Below are positions 44,361 through 59,258 of a stretch of 64,000 bases of DNA, piece after piece (position 1 is the stretch's first letter; each line of letters begins with the position of its first letter). The position numbers and the translations under genes are program-made. This DNA comes from Octopus vulgaris. Taxonomy: Eukaryota. Below the pieces are notes generated by a model. It was not told where the DNA came from. It ran no database searches and saw only the letters and a program-made list of their open reading frames with translations. The DNA lies in the NCBI GenBank assembly GCA_951406725.2, contig OX597822.1:25296001-25360000 (forward strand). The letters are read 5' to 3'.

Positions 44361-44650
44361 TACCTAAAGCTCCACGAGGCTCCGGCAGGTGGTGGTGGCG
44401 ACCCCTGTTGTAATCTTTCGCTCCAACTTTCTCTCACTGTTTCTTCCTGTTTCTTGTCCCCGACTTTCTACGCAACCGCTGAGCCTGGATGCGCATTCAT
44501 CAATCCCTCGATGTCCTCGGTGTCGGGGGTTAACCTGCTTTCTCTTCTACGGGTCTTACGAATAGCAAAGGACCACGTTTCGGACTTCTCCCACTACAGA
44601 CACTCTGGAACGAAGACCGCTTCGCTCAACAAACAAACAAACAAACAAAC
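44361..44650 (+). mobile_element. SINE family B central region with a third type of 3' tail ending in (CAAA)n
   Basis: CCTAAAGCTCCACGAGGCTCCGG...TTCCTGTTTCT is shared with 26144-26234 and then diverges. Confidence 0.6.
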
Positions 44651-45117
44651 AAGAGAAACGACAAAAGATCCCGTCGGAATTGCCTTTTAAGTTAATCACC
44701 TCTCATCTATCTCTTCCTCTAAAAAGTTGCTGAAAAACCACACACATCTGCCAGGAAGTGAATGGCATGCGCTCATCGGTGGTCGTCGAAAGCGTAATGT
44801 AAGCTCGACAATATTTATTTCATTCTAGTATTCGTTTCTGTCACTGGATGGTGGACAAGTTGGAGAGATGCCTTAAAGCGTTCGGTCGGACAAATCTATT
44901 CCTGTAATTCTTCTCAGTAAGAAGACTTGGCCAATTGGTAAGTTACGACGATGTAAGCAAACCAACGCCCGTTGTCAAGTAGTGTAGGTACAAAAAAAAA
45001 AACAGACAGCCATATGCATACATGCACAGATACATGTAGCCCCGTATATACACACACACACGCGCACACACACTCGCACACACACACATATATATATATA
45101 TATGCATATACAGACAC

Positions 45118-45230
<113 letters not shown>

Positions 45231-45699
45231 ATAAAAAGTATATATAAAGATACAAAATGGGACAAGAACGCCAAATATTCAAATAGACGACACAAAAAAA
45301 ACGGACGGGTCATTCGAAGCCTCTAATCTGGTTAATCTTGAGATCGCTCCGATCCGGCCAGCCCCAAGGAAAAACTAAGCTACGAGCATTAGATTTCTTG
45401 GAAAAAGGATCGAATGTATACGAAGCAAGGACAGAAAAACGGACGATGCCACACATACATACATACTTACATACATACATACATACATATATATATATAA
45501 AAAAATTTAGACCAAGTTTAAACACCCTGGGCCAGGAATACTAAAACAAAAGATAAGTCCTCCGAAAAGGAGAACCAAATTTCACCACGGCCGCTACTTC
45601 AAACAGACACTCACTCTGACGGAAATATGCCTTAGTAAAAAAGGAAAAAAATTCTTTCGTGCAAATCTGACCCTGATACATACGATACAGCTAAGGGTC

Positions 45700-46255
45700 A
45701 GACCCGATTCTGATTGGTCAACAAGTTGATGACGTCTAGCTCTGCTAGAATGGACAGGATACAAACAGGGGACAGTCATTAGTCAGAATATTGATGACGT
45801 CCTTTTCTGCTTGAATAGTCACCTAACAAGTACAGACAGGGGGCAGATCTAATGTAGCTATAAGTCGTGATTGGGCAGAATCTGGATGACGTCCCGCTCT
45901 GCTTGACTAACGAAGCGACTGGTCAAAACAGGAAACAAACAAGAGGCAGATATAATGCAGCGATTGGTCAAAATAATGATGACGTCCCGTTCTACTTGAC
46001 TAACGAAGCGACTGGTCAAAACAGGAAACAAACAAGAGGGAGTTATAATGCAGCGATTGGTCAAAATAATGATGACGTCCCGTTCTACTTGATTAAAGCC
46101 ACCTAACGAAACGATTGGTCAAAACATTGATGACGTCACGCTACGCTAGATTGACCACCTAACAGGCATTATAAAACCGAGCATTTCACAAAAACTCACT
46201 AGAACCACCCAGCGAACTTCCACCATGGGTCATCACAATTGCTTAAGGTAAAAAT
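45700..46255 (+). promoter_or_regulatory. Promoter-like block: 93-bp tandem repeats with reverse CCAAT (ATTGG) and TGACGTC motifs, then TATA
   Basis: Six TGACGTC motifs (perfect TGACGTCA at 46131), several GATTGG, TATAAAA at 46170, CCACCATGG at 46220 and AAG|GTAAAA at about 46248. Confidence 0.5.
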
Positions 46256-46592
46256 GAATTCCTCGCTCTTTCGGAAACATCAATCTTCTGTATTGACCGC
46301 TTTCCACCACTTTGATCTGTTTTTTGTATTGAATACGTATCGCCACCGTGGGCCACTGCATCGAGCACTTTGAACATATACTTCAAACTATATATCAACT
46401 ATACATGAACTCTAAGATGTCTGACTCCGTTGTGTATTATAAATGAATTTCTTGTGTTTGACGGCATGAGCTGTCTTTTTTTATATATAACTTTTTTTGA
46501 TAAGGTTCATTTCAGGAACTGAAACATGTTATAATGTATATATAAAAATTAAAAATTGTATAATACAGCAGCATTTTCGAACTTCATTTTTT

Positions 46593-46647
<55 letters not shown>

Positions 46648-47516
46648 TAATCCAAACATGAAAACACAAAGAGAAAACACAACAACGCGAGGACGTTGGT
46701 TGGACAGGGGCTACAGTAGAAGACACTTACCCTACGGGAAAGAGCCTGTTAAAAAGGTAAATTATAATCTAATTATCAGGGCAATTAATCTTGCGTGCTC
46801 TCTTTCTAATAACGTTCAAATGAAAAGTCACTACAGACAGCTATGTCAGTTTTTCTTTTAACAGATGTACATGCATGCAAGCAACAGTGGCGCCGACAAA
46901 ATCGACAACTTGTTTAAACCATCATCTCTCTCTAGTGTGACAGTTTTTGGCAGGATTTAGATAGTGGGAGAGCACTAACAGACATCATAGATTAACGTTT
47001 GCTAACTGTAGTAGCCATTTATCGGACAACAAAACACATCAGTTATCGAAGATACTAAGCTGTGATTAGTTTCAAATTTTGTCTCAGTAATTCTTTAACC
47101 CCTCTATATACCCGATAAAAAGATTTTCACTGGATTATTGATAGTACTAGAACAAATCTTGGTTCATATGTAAATACCAAGTGAAACGAACGAGATGCTG
47201 ACACCGTCTTAGTTAAGTTGCAAATTTTGTGTTAAGTTGTGTTGTTAAATGTCTTGGCGTCGTTATTTATGTCAGCCATGATTGTCGAAGGTAAATTCCG
47301 TGAGAAAAGTATATCTATGTAATCCGATCTGTTGAGCAAAAGTGTTTCTTTTTATACACACACACACATACATATATGTGTATGTATGTATGTATGCATG
47401 TATGTATATGTGTGTGTTTGTGTATGTGTTATGTATGTTGAGCAAAAGTGCTTCTTTATATATACACACACACGTACATATATACATATATGTGTATGTA
47501 TGTATGTATATATGTT

Positions 47517-47552
<36 letters not shown>

Positions 47553-47994
47553 AGTGTCTGTGTGTGTGTTATGCATCTATGTCTATACATGTATATGAGA
47601 CTGAAATTTTTAGTTACAGATCTGTGGTGAGTCAATCTCGCACAACTGTAGAATAAAATGTGTATAGACACAATTTTAAACGGTCCTGTACACCTACACA
47701 TCTGTTGTAGAAGGCACAATACACATTTACATAAATGCAGAGATACACGTACGCAGCCCCCCCCCCCCCCACGAATATATATGTTCAAAAAGGTACCTGG
47801 ACAAATTCCTACAAGAACTAGTAGACAAACCACCAACAACTGGATACATCTCGGCAAACAGTAACGCCCTACTTGTATGGTTTACGATTGTCCTAAAACA
47901 TGACTTAAAAGACTCAGGTAGTGTTAATATGTTTGACACAACTCGGGGAACCCATGACAAAAACCTAAATAATATATGCTTATACACAAGCGCG

Positions 47995-48250
47995 CACGCA
48001 AATGGAGTTGATATCGGGTTATCTTGACGAAAGAATCACGCTGCCAGAGACGGTCGAAAGAGTTGTTGATCTCAAGTATAACAAAGTTGGTTTCCATTAG
48101 GGTTTTAGATTGTGATAGTCCAGTAGTGAATGGCATTGAAGAGTAGGTTTGTGGTAGAGCCAGTCTTATGAAAACAATACTGCTTTTTTTAAGAGGGGGG
48201 TAGGAGTTCAATGTCTTGAGGAAGGTTACTGGTAATGACAAGCTATTTCC
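47995..48250 (-). pseudogene. Highly degenerate LINE reverse transcriptase fragment
   Basis: ETNFVILEINNSFDRLWQRDSFVKI resembles the LDISKAFDRVWH motif of non-LTR RTs. Confidence 0.4.
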
Positions 48251-48379
48251 ACCATATTTAAGATAATGAAAATGTGTACATTAGGATATGCTGGCGAAGT
48301 CAGAGGGGCTGCTCTTCTTAGGTTTGGGAAATTCAAAACATCGGATTACAACTTCGTAATGAGAAAAAGACTACCTTAA

Positions 48380-48830
48380 TAATCCTTTCTACTGTAGACT
48401 CAAGACCTGAAATTTTGTGGGAGGGTGTTAATTGGTTGTATCAACCCCAGTACTTGACTCGACTCTCGAAGTGTGAAAGGCAAATTCTATCTTAAAAGGT
48501 AAAGACGGACGAAATACCACTAAACACTTCATCCACCGTGCTAAATATTCTACCAGCTCGCTGTCTTCCAGTCAACCCCTAATAATAAAATCGATCGTTA
48601 TTTACGTAAGTCTAAGGTGGCAATCTGACAGAACAGTTAGCAGACCGGACAAAATACATAACGGTATTTCTTCCGGCTCTTTCCGTTCGGAGTTTAAATC
48701 CCACTAAGGTTGACTTTGTCTTTCATCCTGTCGGAATCAATAAGATAAATTACCAGTCAAATATTGGAGTTGATGTAATCGACTAGCCTCCGCCTACTAG
48801 AACTGCTGGCCCTTTACCAAAATTTGAAAC
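48380..48830. mobile_element. Two degraded SINE family C copies in opposite orientation
   Basis: Family C head and body motifs. Another copy lies at about 49540-49710. Confidence 0.55.
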
Positions 48831-51131
48831 CCTTACTTACAGAAGTCTTTGTAATTCTGTGATTTTTTCATTATACTTAATTATAAATTCATATTCTATT
48901 TAATTATGCTTAATATTTTTGTTACCGAGGCATCCAACAATGAATTTATGCCTATCTTAAATTCAATCTGTATTAATGTCATATAAGTTTTTGCTCTGTC
49001 GATTATATAATAATTTCTTGTTTTACAAGCGTTTTAATAATGTAATTATAGCTAATAAATTACATTTAAGTTTTGGGCAATTTCAAGTTAACACAAGCAT
49101 TTTACTCTCAAGAAATAAATATATTCAATCATTTAACTCACTGAGAATAAATTTATAGTGTTATTTTCCAATTAGAATTAAATGTATACAATTACTCCAA
49201 TCTCTGAGAACGAATTTCCAGTAATATTTTACGATTTACGACTAGAAACGGAATAAATTAAGGATATGCATCAAATTATTCTAAAATATTAAAAATATAC
49301 CCAACTCTACTACACATAACCTTTGCACGGTTTGTTGTCCATCATGGCGGCAATCTCTATTAGCAATCTTCCAACGGCGTCTATATAGAATCCCATTGCT
49401 TGGACCAGTGTTTAGTAAACTTTTTTTGTTTAGGTATCACCCACTTTTAAACAATGCAAAGTTGGAATACCTTTCAAACTCACAATAATTTTTTTTTAAA
49501 TTGATGGTTTAAATAAGTGATTAATTTAATTACTCCTTAAGGCGGCAAATGCTTAGCAGTATTTCATTCGTCTTTATGTTCAAATTCCGCCGAGGTCGGC
49601 TTTGTCCTTCATCCTTTCGTTGTCGATAAAATAAGTACCACTTGAACAGTTGAATGAATGTTATCGACTTACCCATCCCCCGAAATTGCTGGCCTTTTGC
49701 CGAAATCTAAAATCAGTTTAATCACTCTTTAACAAAAAGATCCACGAGGTGTTAATATAAGTGGAGTTACATCGCGGCAGGAAACAAAAAGAGAAGCAGC
49801 TCTGTCCAACTCTTGGGAATTGTCTAGAAACCTTCTTCTCGATTTTCTCTTTGGAAATGTTATGAACAAGATGTATGACCCAACAGAGTAGAGACCTCTA
49901 AAGATTTCCCAGGGGTCAGATGGTAGTGTTTGATGGTTTAGGGATAACGGATTACCTTTATCACTGAAAAAGAGGTGGAGGCCATCGGACAGGCTTCTAT
50001 GAAAATTTCAGTCACGAAGACTTCGTGATTTAATCGAGGCTATAATAGACAACCTAAGCCGAAAGGGTTTCAGAGTGGGATCTAACCAGAAATCACATGA
50101 TTACGAAAGGGATTAAAATTTTAAAAAATTCAGTGATTTTATAAAAAACCGACAAATAACTTTAGGCACAAATTTCCACAGATATTTCGAAATTCATTAA
50201 ACCAGAGAACTAATGGGTTACCACTGAGCTACATTACCATGCATAGGTTTATCTTTTGCTAGCTTCAGTCATTGGACTGCGGTAATGCTGAACCACTAGA
50301 CTAATGGGATTTAGTCGTACACATCGCCCCCAGTAGTTGTTTTAAGCCTTGCAATTATTCTATTAGTCTCTCTTGTCGAAACGTTAGATTACGGAGATGT
50401 AAACAAACCAATAGCAGTTGTCAAGTGGTGGGCTGTGGATGAGGACAAGCACTAACACAAGGATACACATACATACACATACACATATTTACATATATAC
50501 GATGGGGTTCCACGAATTCACGGCCGAGGGCTATAGTAAAAGACATTTTATCAAAGGCAATGCGCAGTGGGCCTGAAACTGAAACCATGTAATTGCAAAG
50601 CGAGCATGTTAAGCAAACAACAACAAATTAGCTATAACAAGGAAGTGAAATATAACCAGTTGGAGTGTTTTATTGAAAGCAAGTTCGATACTAAGGTTTA
50701 TATTTAACAAGATTTTAAAAATTACATTGTTTTCATTACTTTGCTAAGGTTTTGGGGCTTTCTAGTAACCTAGTTGTCAGAACTTGATTTTTATTTGATT
50801 TTTATTAAAGCGGTGCTCCAGCATGACCAAAGTCAAATGACTGAAACATATAAGAGAATAGAAGGATAACAGAATGTCTTTCTTTTTAAGCTTGTTTCAA
50901 TCATTGGACTACGTCCATGCTGGGAACCATGTGTTTTGGAAGCAAGCTTCTTTCTATACAGCCGCACCTGCGCCGATAAGTTGCATTTATTTCAAATCAG
51001 GTAGATTGTGTACTACGTTATTATACAGAAAGCTTGTGTAGGATGTGTGTCGCATCACACACAAATACAAACACATATATAAATGTATATGTATTAATGT
51101 GTATGCGCGTACACTTATGACATCAACCTCT

Positions 51132-51177
<46 letters not shown>

Positions 51178-51511
51178 TTAATATTATTTGATTCTCTGTC
51201 TGCAGAATTTTAAATAGGAGATATGTTAATATATTTCAATTACAAAAAATTATTGTAACTCCTTACAAAATGAAACATGACACATGGTGAATAAATAATA
51301 CAAATATTTTTCCAATCTCCTGTTTTGTTATATAATTTTTTCTGCAAAAAATATTTCACAGAATTTTCAACTCTTATGCATACCTCACTCAAGTATTAAA
51401 TCTATATATGGACTTGGAATAGGGGAATTAGCAGATATACTTTAAGAGGACACAGCTTGCATTTTTAACCCTACCTACATAACACCTACACACACGCACA
51501 CAGACACATGC

Positions 51512-51551
<40 letters not shown>

Positions 51552-51560
51552 TCGCACACA

Positions 51561-51626
<66 letters not shown>

Positions 51627-51947
51627 TGTGTGCGAAGAGATAGATACCTAGGAAGTTATTACATCGAGTTACATTTCTGTTTTCTTCTCCATTTCTTATC
51701 CAGAATATTATGTATTATCCGATATACGAATATTCGTAGCAAATTTTTTGATATATGAATCTTAATGTGCACGTATCTATGCTTAAAGTAATGTTGAATC
51801 TGCCTCGTCAGAAAAAAAAATATTATTAATGATGAGAATAGGGATAAATAAATACATATATAAGTAAATATCTATATTAACTGGATAAAAGAAAGCAAAA
51901 AGAAAGACTATTTTATATAAGAGTTCTTTCAAATTCCTTTGTACATC

Positions 51948-52005
<58 letters not shown>

Positions 52006-52051
52006 GCACATGTATATATATGTATATGCATATTTATATATATGTCTGTAT

Positions 52052-52086
<35 letters not shown>

Positions 52087-52425
52087 GTTTGTATGTATAT
52101 ATATATGTATGTGTGTGTGTGTATACGTATAAAAATATCAATGTTCTTTTGTTCTTTTTATCTTTTAAATGTCTTATACACACTTCAAAGGAAGAAGATC
52201 GTTCTGCTATTTTATACTCTGGGTGCTGGATCGCGTGAGGTTTGGTCCGACAAACCGTAAAAATAACATGGAATGATGGATGGTAAGTATAACGGTGTGT
52301 TAAATACCTTTTCATCGCTTCCTTTAAGACAGAAAGGCAAGGATTTCGACTTACATGCATTAACAAAAAATATGGAAATCTATATGAATTATATGCAAGT
52401 GTACGTATATGAAAATCTACATAGA

Positions 52426-52571
<146 letters not shown>

Positions 52572-52839
52572 TATATACTTATATATATGCATGTATGTGT
52601 ATGTATATGTGTATATATCGGTTTAAAAAATCATAAAAGTGCTTGTTATATAAACAGTTATAGATGTGTATATATAAAAATATAAATATCTACATATACA
52701 GACACACATAGATTTATATACATACATACATACATTCACACACACGCATATATATACACATATATAGTTATGAGATTAATCCGTATGTAATAATGTTATG
52801 TATATATGCATATATGTATATGAACACACATATGTATGT

Positions 52840-52876
<37 letters not shown>

Positions 52877-54712
52877 GATATATATATATATACATATATA
52901 TAATATTATATATATATATACATATGTAAAAAATCTCAAAAGCATCTCTTTATTGTATACATGACTACACACATAAGTGCACTTGATTCGGTTCACAGAT
53001 ATGTGCATGTTTGCATAGTAGCATTTCTATGTATGCATATGTCTGTGTGTGAATATTTATGTGTGTGTGTGTGTGTGTGGAGCGAGAGAAAGAGAGAAAG
53101 GAGAGAGAAGGAGAGAAAGGAGAAGGAGAGAGAAACAGAGGGAGAGAGAAACAGAGGGAGAGAGGGAGCTTGACAGATAGATGGATGGATAGATATGCGC
53201 GTAAATTGTATTACCCTCCGAGTGTTTGTAATGGTTGAATTTGCATACATACATACATACATACATACATACATACATACATACATACATACATACATAC
53301 ATACATACATACATACATACATAAGACATATGTGTATACAAACGTGCATGAGTGTGATTTTGAGTGAGTCTGTCTAGGCATGCGTGTGTATACCTACGTT
53401 TCTGCATGCCTGTGGCTATATGCATAACTTTACCTTTAAGTATGAGAACATATTTGTATGTATATTTATACACGTGTATATAAACACGAATATAAAATGA
53501 CTAAAGAAATATACACGTGTGCATATCTGTATCAATATTGTTTATATATACATGACTTATTCTATACAAGTCTCAATTTTATTTACAGTAGTAAACTAAA
53601 GATAGTACTGCCATTTTGTATTTTAAACGTATAACAATAAAAATTATTTCCTATTTATCTGGTTCTATTCTGTTGAGTTTTGTCTCTCTGCTTCAATATT
53701 ATTACTCATCAGCATGGTAAAATTTATTAAGGTATAGAACCCTATAGGTGACAGGGATACACGCCTAGAAAAACTGATTATCTCCGAATAAAATTTTGTA
53801 CAATTTAAAAACAAATCAGACCTTATCAGTTGTCTCCACGTCAGAGTTGGATCATTCAACAGTGCATGAATACTTGATCATGCTAGCTTGCAGTAAAATA
53901 AAGAAATTCACAACCACATAATAGGTTTGTAAAGAAATGACGGGTTGGCCATATCAAAGCATTCTAATGGCCATACATTAACCTGATTAAAATTTAACAC
54001 CTCCAATCAATTCGTCCTGAAAATAACAAGTGCCACTATTGTAAATTTCTTAAATGCTACTCCCAACATTAACAGAATCAGACTAACCCATGCAGCAAAC
54101 CTAACTAAAAGTTTATATAAATCGCTATTTAATCCTGACACTGAGCTATAGTTTTAAAATATTTAATTAATAATATCGGTAAAAGAATAATTGAGGATTT
54201 AAGAAATTTTGACTAAAAAAAGGCATTAAAAGCTGCCCTAACAACTTACCACCCTCTAAGAGAAAAAGACGCCGTCAACATCTTTTTGTTTGAATGCAAC
54301 AAAGTGGTTAATTTTCCTGCAATAATAAACATTTTGTCGTTAATCACCATAACAAAACTTAGCAGTACCTCTAACTTGAAAGAAATAATTACAAATAATG
54401 CAACGAATTAGCCAAGATAAATTGTATATACAATACTAAATTCTTATGCCCTCTTAATAAGTCATACAACATTGAAGCAATTGTCTTCTAGGGAGAGGCT
54501 ATCTCCATAAAACCAAGAGTAAATTCCGGGTGTAAATCTTACATCGGTAAGTATATTCAAACAATGCTATTTCAAACACTTCTTATCTCAAGAAGAGGGG
54601 TGTAACTAAATTATCAAATTATCAACGGATTTTGAAACAACAGCATTTGACATAAAATATAAGGCACTCGAAAGATATAAACCATACAAAAACTGAAAGA
54701 AAACGTAGAATA

Positions 54713-54935
54713 CTCTTTTATTTTTTACTTGTTTCAGTCATTTGACAGCGGCCATGCTGGAGCACCACATATAGTCGAGCAAATCGACCCCGGGACTTAT
54801 TCTTTGTAAGCCCAGTACTTATTCTATCGGTCTCTTTTGCTGAACCGCTAAGTGACGGGGACGTAAACACACCAGCATCGGTTGTCAAGCAATGCTAGGG
54901 AGACAAACACAGACACACAAACACATACACACACA

Positions 54936-54973
<38 letters not shown>

Positions 54974-55122
54974 TACGAAAGGCTTCTTTCAGTTTCCATC
55001 TACCAAATCCACTCACAATGCATTGGTCGGCCCGGGGCTATAGCAGAAGACACTTGCCCAAGATGCCACGCAGTGGGACTGAACCCGGAACCATATGGTT
55101 GGTTAGCAAGCTACTTACCACA
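54713..55122 (-). mobile_element. SINE family A copy
   Basis: Reverse complement of the 871-1332 type. More degraded minus-strand copies at about 27885-28270, 37700-38020, 50255-50610 and 63270-63380. Confidence 0.82.
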
Positions 55123-55551
55123 CATGTACATTTCATGAAAAAAAAAAACTTCAGCATGTATGTAGAATGTTTGAATATCACAACAAACAACTTCAATAAA
55201 TACAGACATTTTGAGAAATATTTGCTGAAAAATTGTAAAGGGACACCACCTTCCGACTGAATGGATTTAATACTCCACTATTTATCTCGAGTTCATTGAC
55301 AGAGATCTCTTCTAATCAAACATTATTTGAAACATCACATCTAAATTCAGTTTTCAACTGAAATGTTGGAACATTAAAGTGGATTGTTTCTTAATGCAAG
55401 ATTAATCTCTCCTATAGAAATTATGATGAGTTTCAACCTGTAAGCACATAGAATCTTCAGCCACAACTTGACTGAAGATGTTGCGAGCCTACAGGTGAAA
55501 CTCAGGCCAGCAGGAGGCTGACTCGGCCAACATAATACATATCTATATCTA

Positions 55552-55617
<66 letters not shown>

Positions 55618-55743
55618 GCTAGCTAGCTAGCTAGCTAGCTAGCTAGCTAGCTAGCTATTTATATATGTATGTAGGTAGGTAGCTAGCTATAAATATATAT
55701 TGGTTAATATATACATACCTACACACACACACACACACATATA

Positions 55744-56139
55744 TCTTTATATATAAAAGTCAAGCTGTGTGTCTGTCTCCTACGATTTAGATTCCTAACT
55801 ACTCCCACATTTTTCGGTGCAGTTTAACCAAAAGCGGGTATCTTATAGTCGTGATTCATATCGAGCCCTTCTGGGTATTAGCGCGCGTCTACGATGAGTC
55901 TACGATTTAAAAAAAATTTACCATAATTTTTTTCCATTTTAATGCATTTTTTTCGCTATTATAGAAGGGAAGTAACTCTCTAAAAATGTCTAAGATGAGT
56001 CAACGATTTAAAAAAAAATTACCATCATTTTTTTTCCATTTTTAATGCATTTTTTTGCTACTTTTTGACTATAACACTCTAAAAATGCTTATATAGTTAT
56101 TTCCCTTACAAACCCGAGCAACGCCGGGCGATACTGCTA

Positions 56140-56140
<1 letters not shown>
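55744..56140 (+). mobile_element. Non-autonomous Helitron with intact termini
   Basis: A|TC start, hairpin CCCGAGCAACGCCGGG, CTAG|T end, and an internal duplication. Confidence 0.85.
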
Positions 56141-56188
<48 letters not shown>

Positions 56189-56570
56189 GCACATGACGTC
56201 AGGCAGTTAGTGACGTTTATGTAGTAAAACACACATACAAAAAAAGCGAAACACCCGCGCGACTGATTTGGAGGCACTTCTGCCTTTATAGTACGTATAG
56301 AAAACGTTGTTGTAGGAATGTACGCAGCACGTATACTACAGCAGTACTATGTGTAGCTTTAATACTGAGATTGAAAGGCAGGGATGAATTATTCCTACCT
56401 AATCTATAAAAAATAAAATATGCTTCTATTTTATGCATAGTAATCAGAGTAACTTTCATAACTTTATTGAATTTGGTGCATATTTTGCCATAAAAGGAAA
56501 ATGTTACTATCGATTTATCTTATTCAGGGTAGGCACTGTCTACCTTGCCTACCCAGGTGTCACGTTCCTG

Positions 56571-56602
<32 letters not shown>

Positions 56603-56624
56603 ATGTGTGTGTGTGCGTATGTGC

Positions 56625-56664
<40 letters not shown>

Positions 56665-57112
56665 ATGCGTGCGTGTGTGTGTGCGTGTGGACTCACCCGT
56701 CGAAGTCGACGTATGAGTGTTCAGCTTTTGCTGTACGGCCTGCACAAGTTATTTGTTTCTAATGATCGAATGTTCGTGCCGCACATTAGCTCACTTCCTC
56801 CATCAAATCGACACACAAACACACACTCACACACGTATACACACATGCATACACACACATACACACACACACAGTAGTAGTTGTACCAGCAGCAGTAGCA
56901 GTTGTAGCAGTAGGAGTAGTAGTAGTATTAGCAGCAGCAGTATTAACATTTGTTGTAGTAGTGCTACTGGTAGTAGTAGCAGTAGCAGCAACAAAACTTT
57001 TAGTAGTAGTAGTACTAGTAGTAGTAGTAGTAGTAGTAGTAGGAGGAGGAGGAGGAGGAGGAGGAGTAATAGGAGTAGGAGTAGTAGTAGTAGTAGTAGG
57101 AGGAGGAGGAGT

Positions 57113-57144
<32 letters not shown>

Positions 57145-57171
57145 CTATTAGCAGCAGCAGTATTAACATTT

Positions 57172-57222
<51 letters not shown>

Positions 57223-57734
57223 TGTCATTTCTAAAGATAGAAATACAGGAGCACCCAGCAGAGCAAAGTACATCTAATCGAATGGAGCCCCAGTTCTAGA
57301 CTGCGTTACTTACACTAGCGGCTCCCGAAAGATGGAATGCAAAGTGTCCGCCAGTGTGACTTGAAACCGAAACGTTATTGAACGTGGCTAAATAGCTTTT
57401 CTGAAACTTTGTGAGATGTTCTACTGATTTCAGAAATCTGCCGTTCTTTCACAAGATGTGTGAGATGGTGGTTTGTAATCTTGGGTTACGTCAGCGATCA
57501 ATGAGTCATTTAAGTGTCAGATCGACTATCTGTAAGGAGATCTCCAATGTGTAAATGCACGTTATAGCTGAATGACTGGATGGCTGAGTACCTGCATGCC
57601 TGCATATCTAATTATCCATCACTATAGCTGGTTGGCGGCTTGTCTGTTGTTTCTTTAACTGTGTTCCTCCCTTCTTTCTCTTTCTTTCACCACCTCCCAT
57701 TTCCGGATGTGATATATATATATATATATATATG

Positions 57735-58500
57735 GTTATGACTTTTGGATATTTTGGAAGTAAACAATTTCCTCTATCAAACATCAATGAACAATTTCAT
57801 ATAAGTGTGGAAAATAACCTTTATTTTAAGTTTTTCAAGAAAAAAAAAACGTTACCCCTAACTGAAGAAATCTAACACCACTTTTGACCCAACTCATACA
57901 AAATTCTAGGGGGTTCATAAGGCCTACTCGAATTTTTACCAAACTTGTGTGCTGACTTAATGCAATGCAGAAGCAATATATCTCAAATTTCTGCTTTCAA
58001 ATTTAAATAGTTTAGGAGTTACAGAGATTTTTAATTTGTTACTACTTTGGCCCTTCTTTAGGTAATATCCTTTTCCTCTCCCTTTTATTTCTGTGACGCT
58101 AAAAACTCTGACTATATTAACTGTTATTTCAGAATAGTAGGCTTTTCCAACTAGAGTACCTAAAATAATGTCTCATAAGAGAAGTGCTTATGCCTTTCAA
58201 AGAAACAAAAACTCTGGGCGAAGAATCTCGTGCAATTTCAAGACTCACATAGAAAAGAAGATCTGTTCCTCTAGAAGAGCATTCTTTGGAAAACAACTGC
58301 AGGATACCAATGAAACTTCAAATTGTCGGTCGCTACCTGTTCCTTAGAGGTAACATCAAAAGAAAGAAAGAAGGAACAAAGGAAATTTCGAAAGAAGTTA
58401 CATCTTTATGGCAAAAGAAATTAAATTTCCAATACTTATCAGCTCAAAATGTACAAACAAAAGTAGAAAAGTGCCGAATACCTACAATAAATGTGTAAAA
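57735..58500 (+). mobile_element. Possible DNA transposon 5' remnant
   Basis: Non-microsatellite block next to (TA)n with a short peptide (KEISKEVTSLWQKK...VQTKVEK) resembling transposase N-termini. No catalytic motif is visible. Confidence 0.25.
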
Positions 58501-58849
58501 CAAGGACAATACGATTCATTGAAAAGAAAATGGTGAACGGCTGTATAGTATTAGGGAAGGTCATTTCGTCGCGATTCATGATCTTTACAGTGTCTTGTTT
58601 TCCCTCTGTAAGGTCTGCTCGGAAACTTTCCGAGAAGGCGATATGAACCTTCCAAGAAAAAAAAAACACGATTCGTTTCGATATAAGAATTCATATAAAA
58701 AATCTTTCAAACCGAATACGAAAACTACAAATTCTATCTGAAAATAATACTTTCTACTATAGGTATATGGTCTGAAATTTTGAGGGAGTGGAATAATCGA
58801 TTACATCGCCCCCCCCCAGTCCCCAGGATAAACCTGTCTGGCGGCACTT

Positions 58850-59040
58850 TCATATCTATAGATTTTATCTCGAACCGATAGCGCATCTTGATAACATTGC
58901 AGGGCCAAGTGCTGAAAATTATCCATGATTGTCCCCGATCGGAAAGACCTCCGTAACAAATATCGAGTTGGTGTTCGCCGATACCCAACGTCTCCCCTAG
59001 AACTAATATCCTTAAAAAGAAATTGTGTGGGCATGTGTAA
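58850..59040 (-). pseudogene. Diverged Tx1-clade LINE fragment
   Basis: MDNFQHLALQCYQDALSVRDKIYR aligns with MDNFQRSLAWQCYREALPVRDKLYR of 40567-41106. Confidence 0.7.
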
Positions 59041-59159
59041 TGCAAGGTTCCCCATTTTTGTTTTCGTTAGGGGACATTAACTACCAGTCATCAGCCACCA
59101 GACATTGGAGACTCGACTAGAAATACAAAAGATATGTAGCAGATGAATATGAGTCGCTC

Positions 59160-59258
59160 CTGGTGCACCCTTATCAGACGTGATGTCATGATGAGTATAC
59201 TGGGCTTTGTATATTTTAACCTAGCGTCACTTTGATGGCACGCACTGCTTTCTCATTC
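59160..59258 (+). mobile_element. 3' fragment of the ~554-bp element
   Basis: TGGTGCACCCTTATCAGACG...GTCACTTTGATGGCA...CTCATTCAATAAT. Confidence 0.65.
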
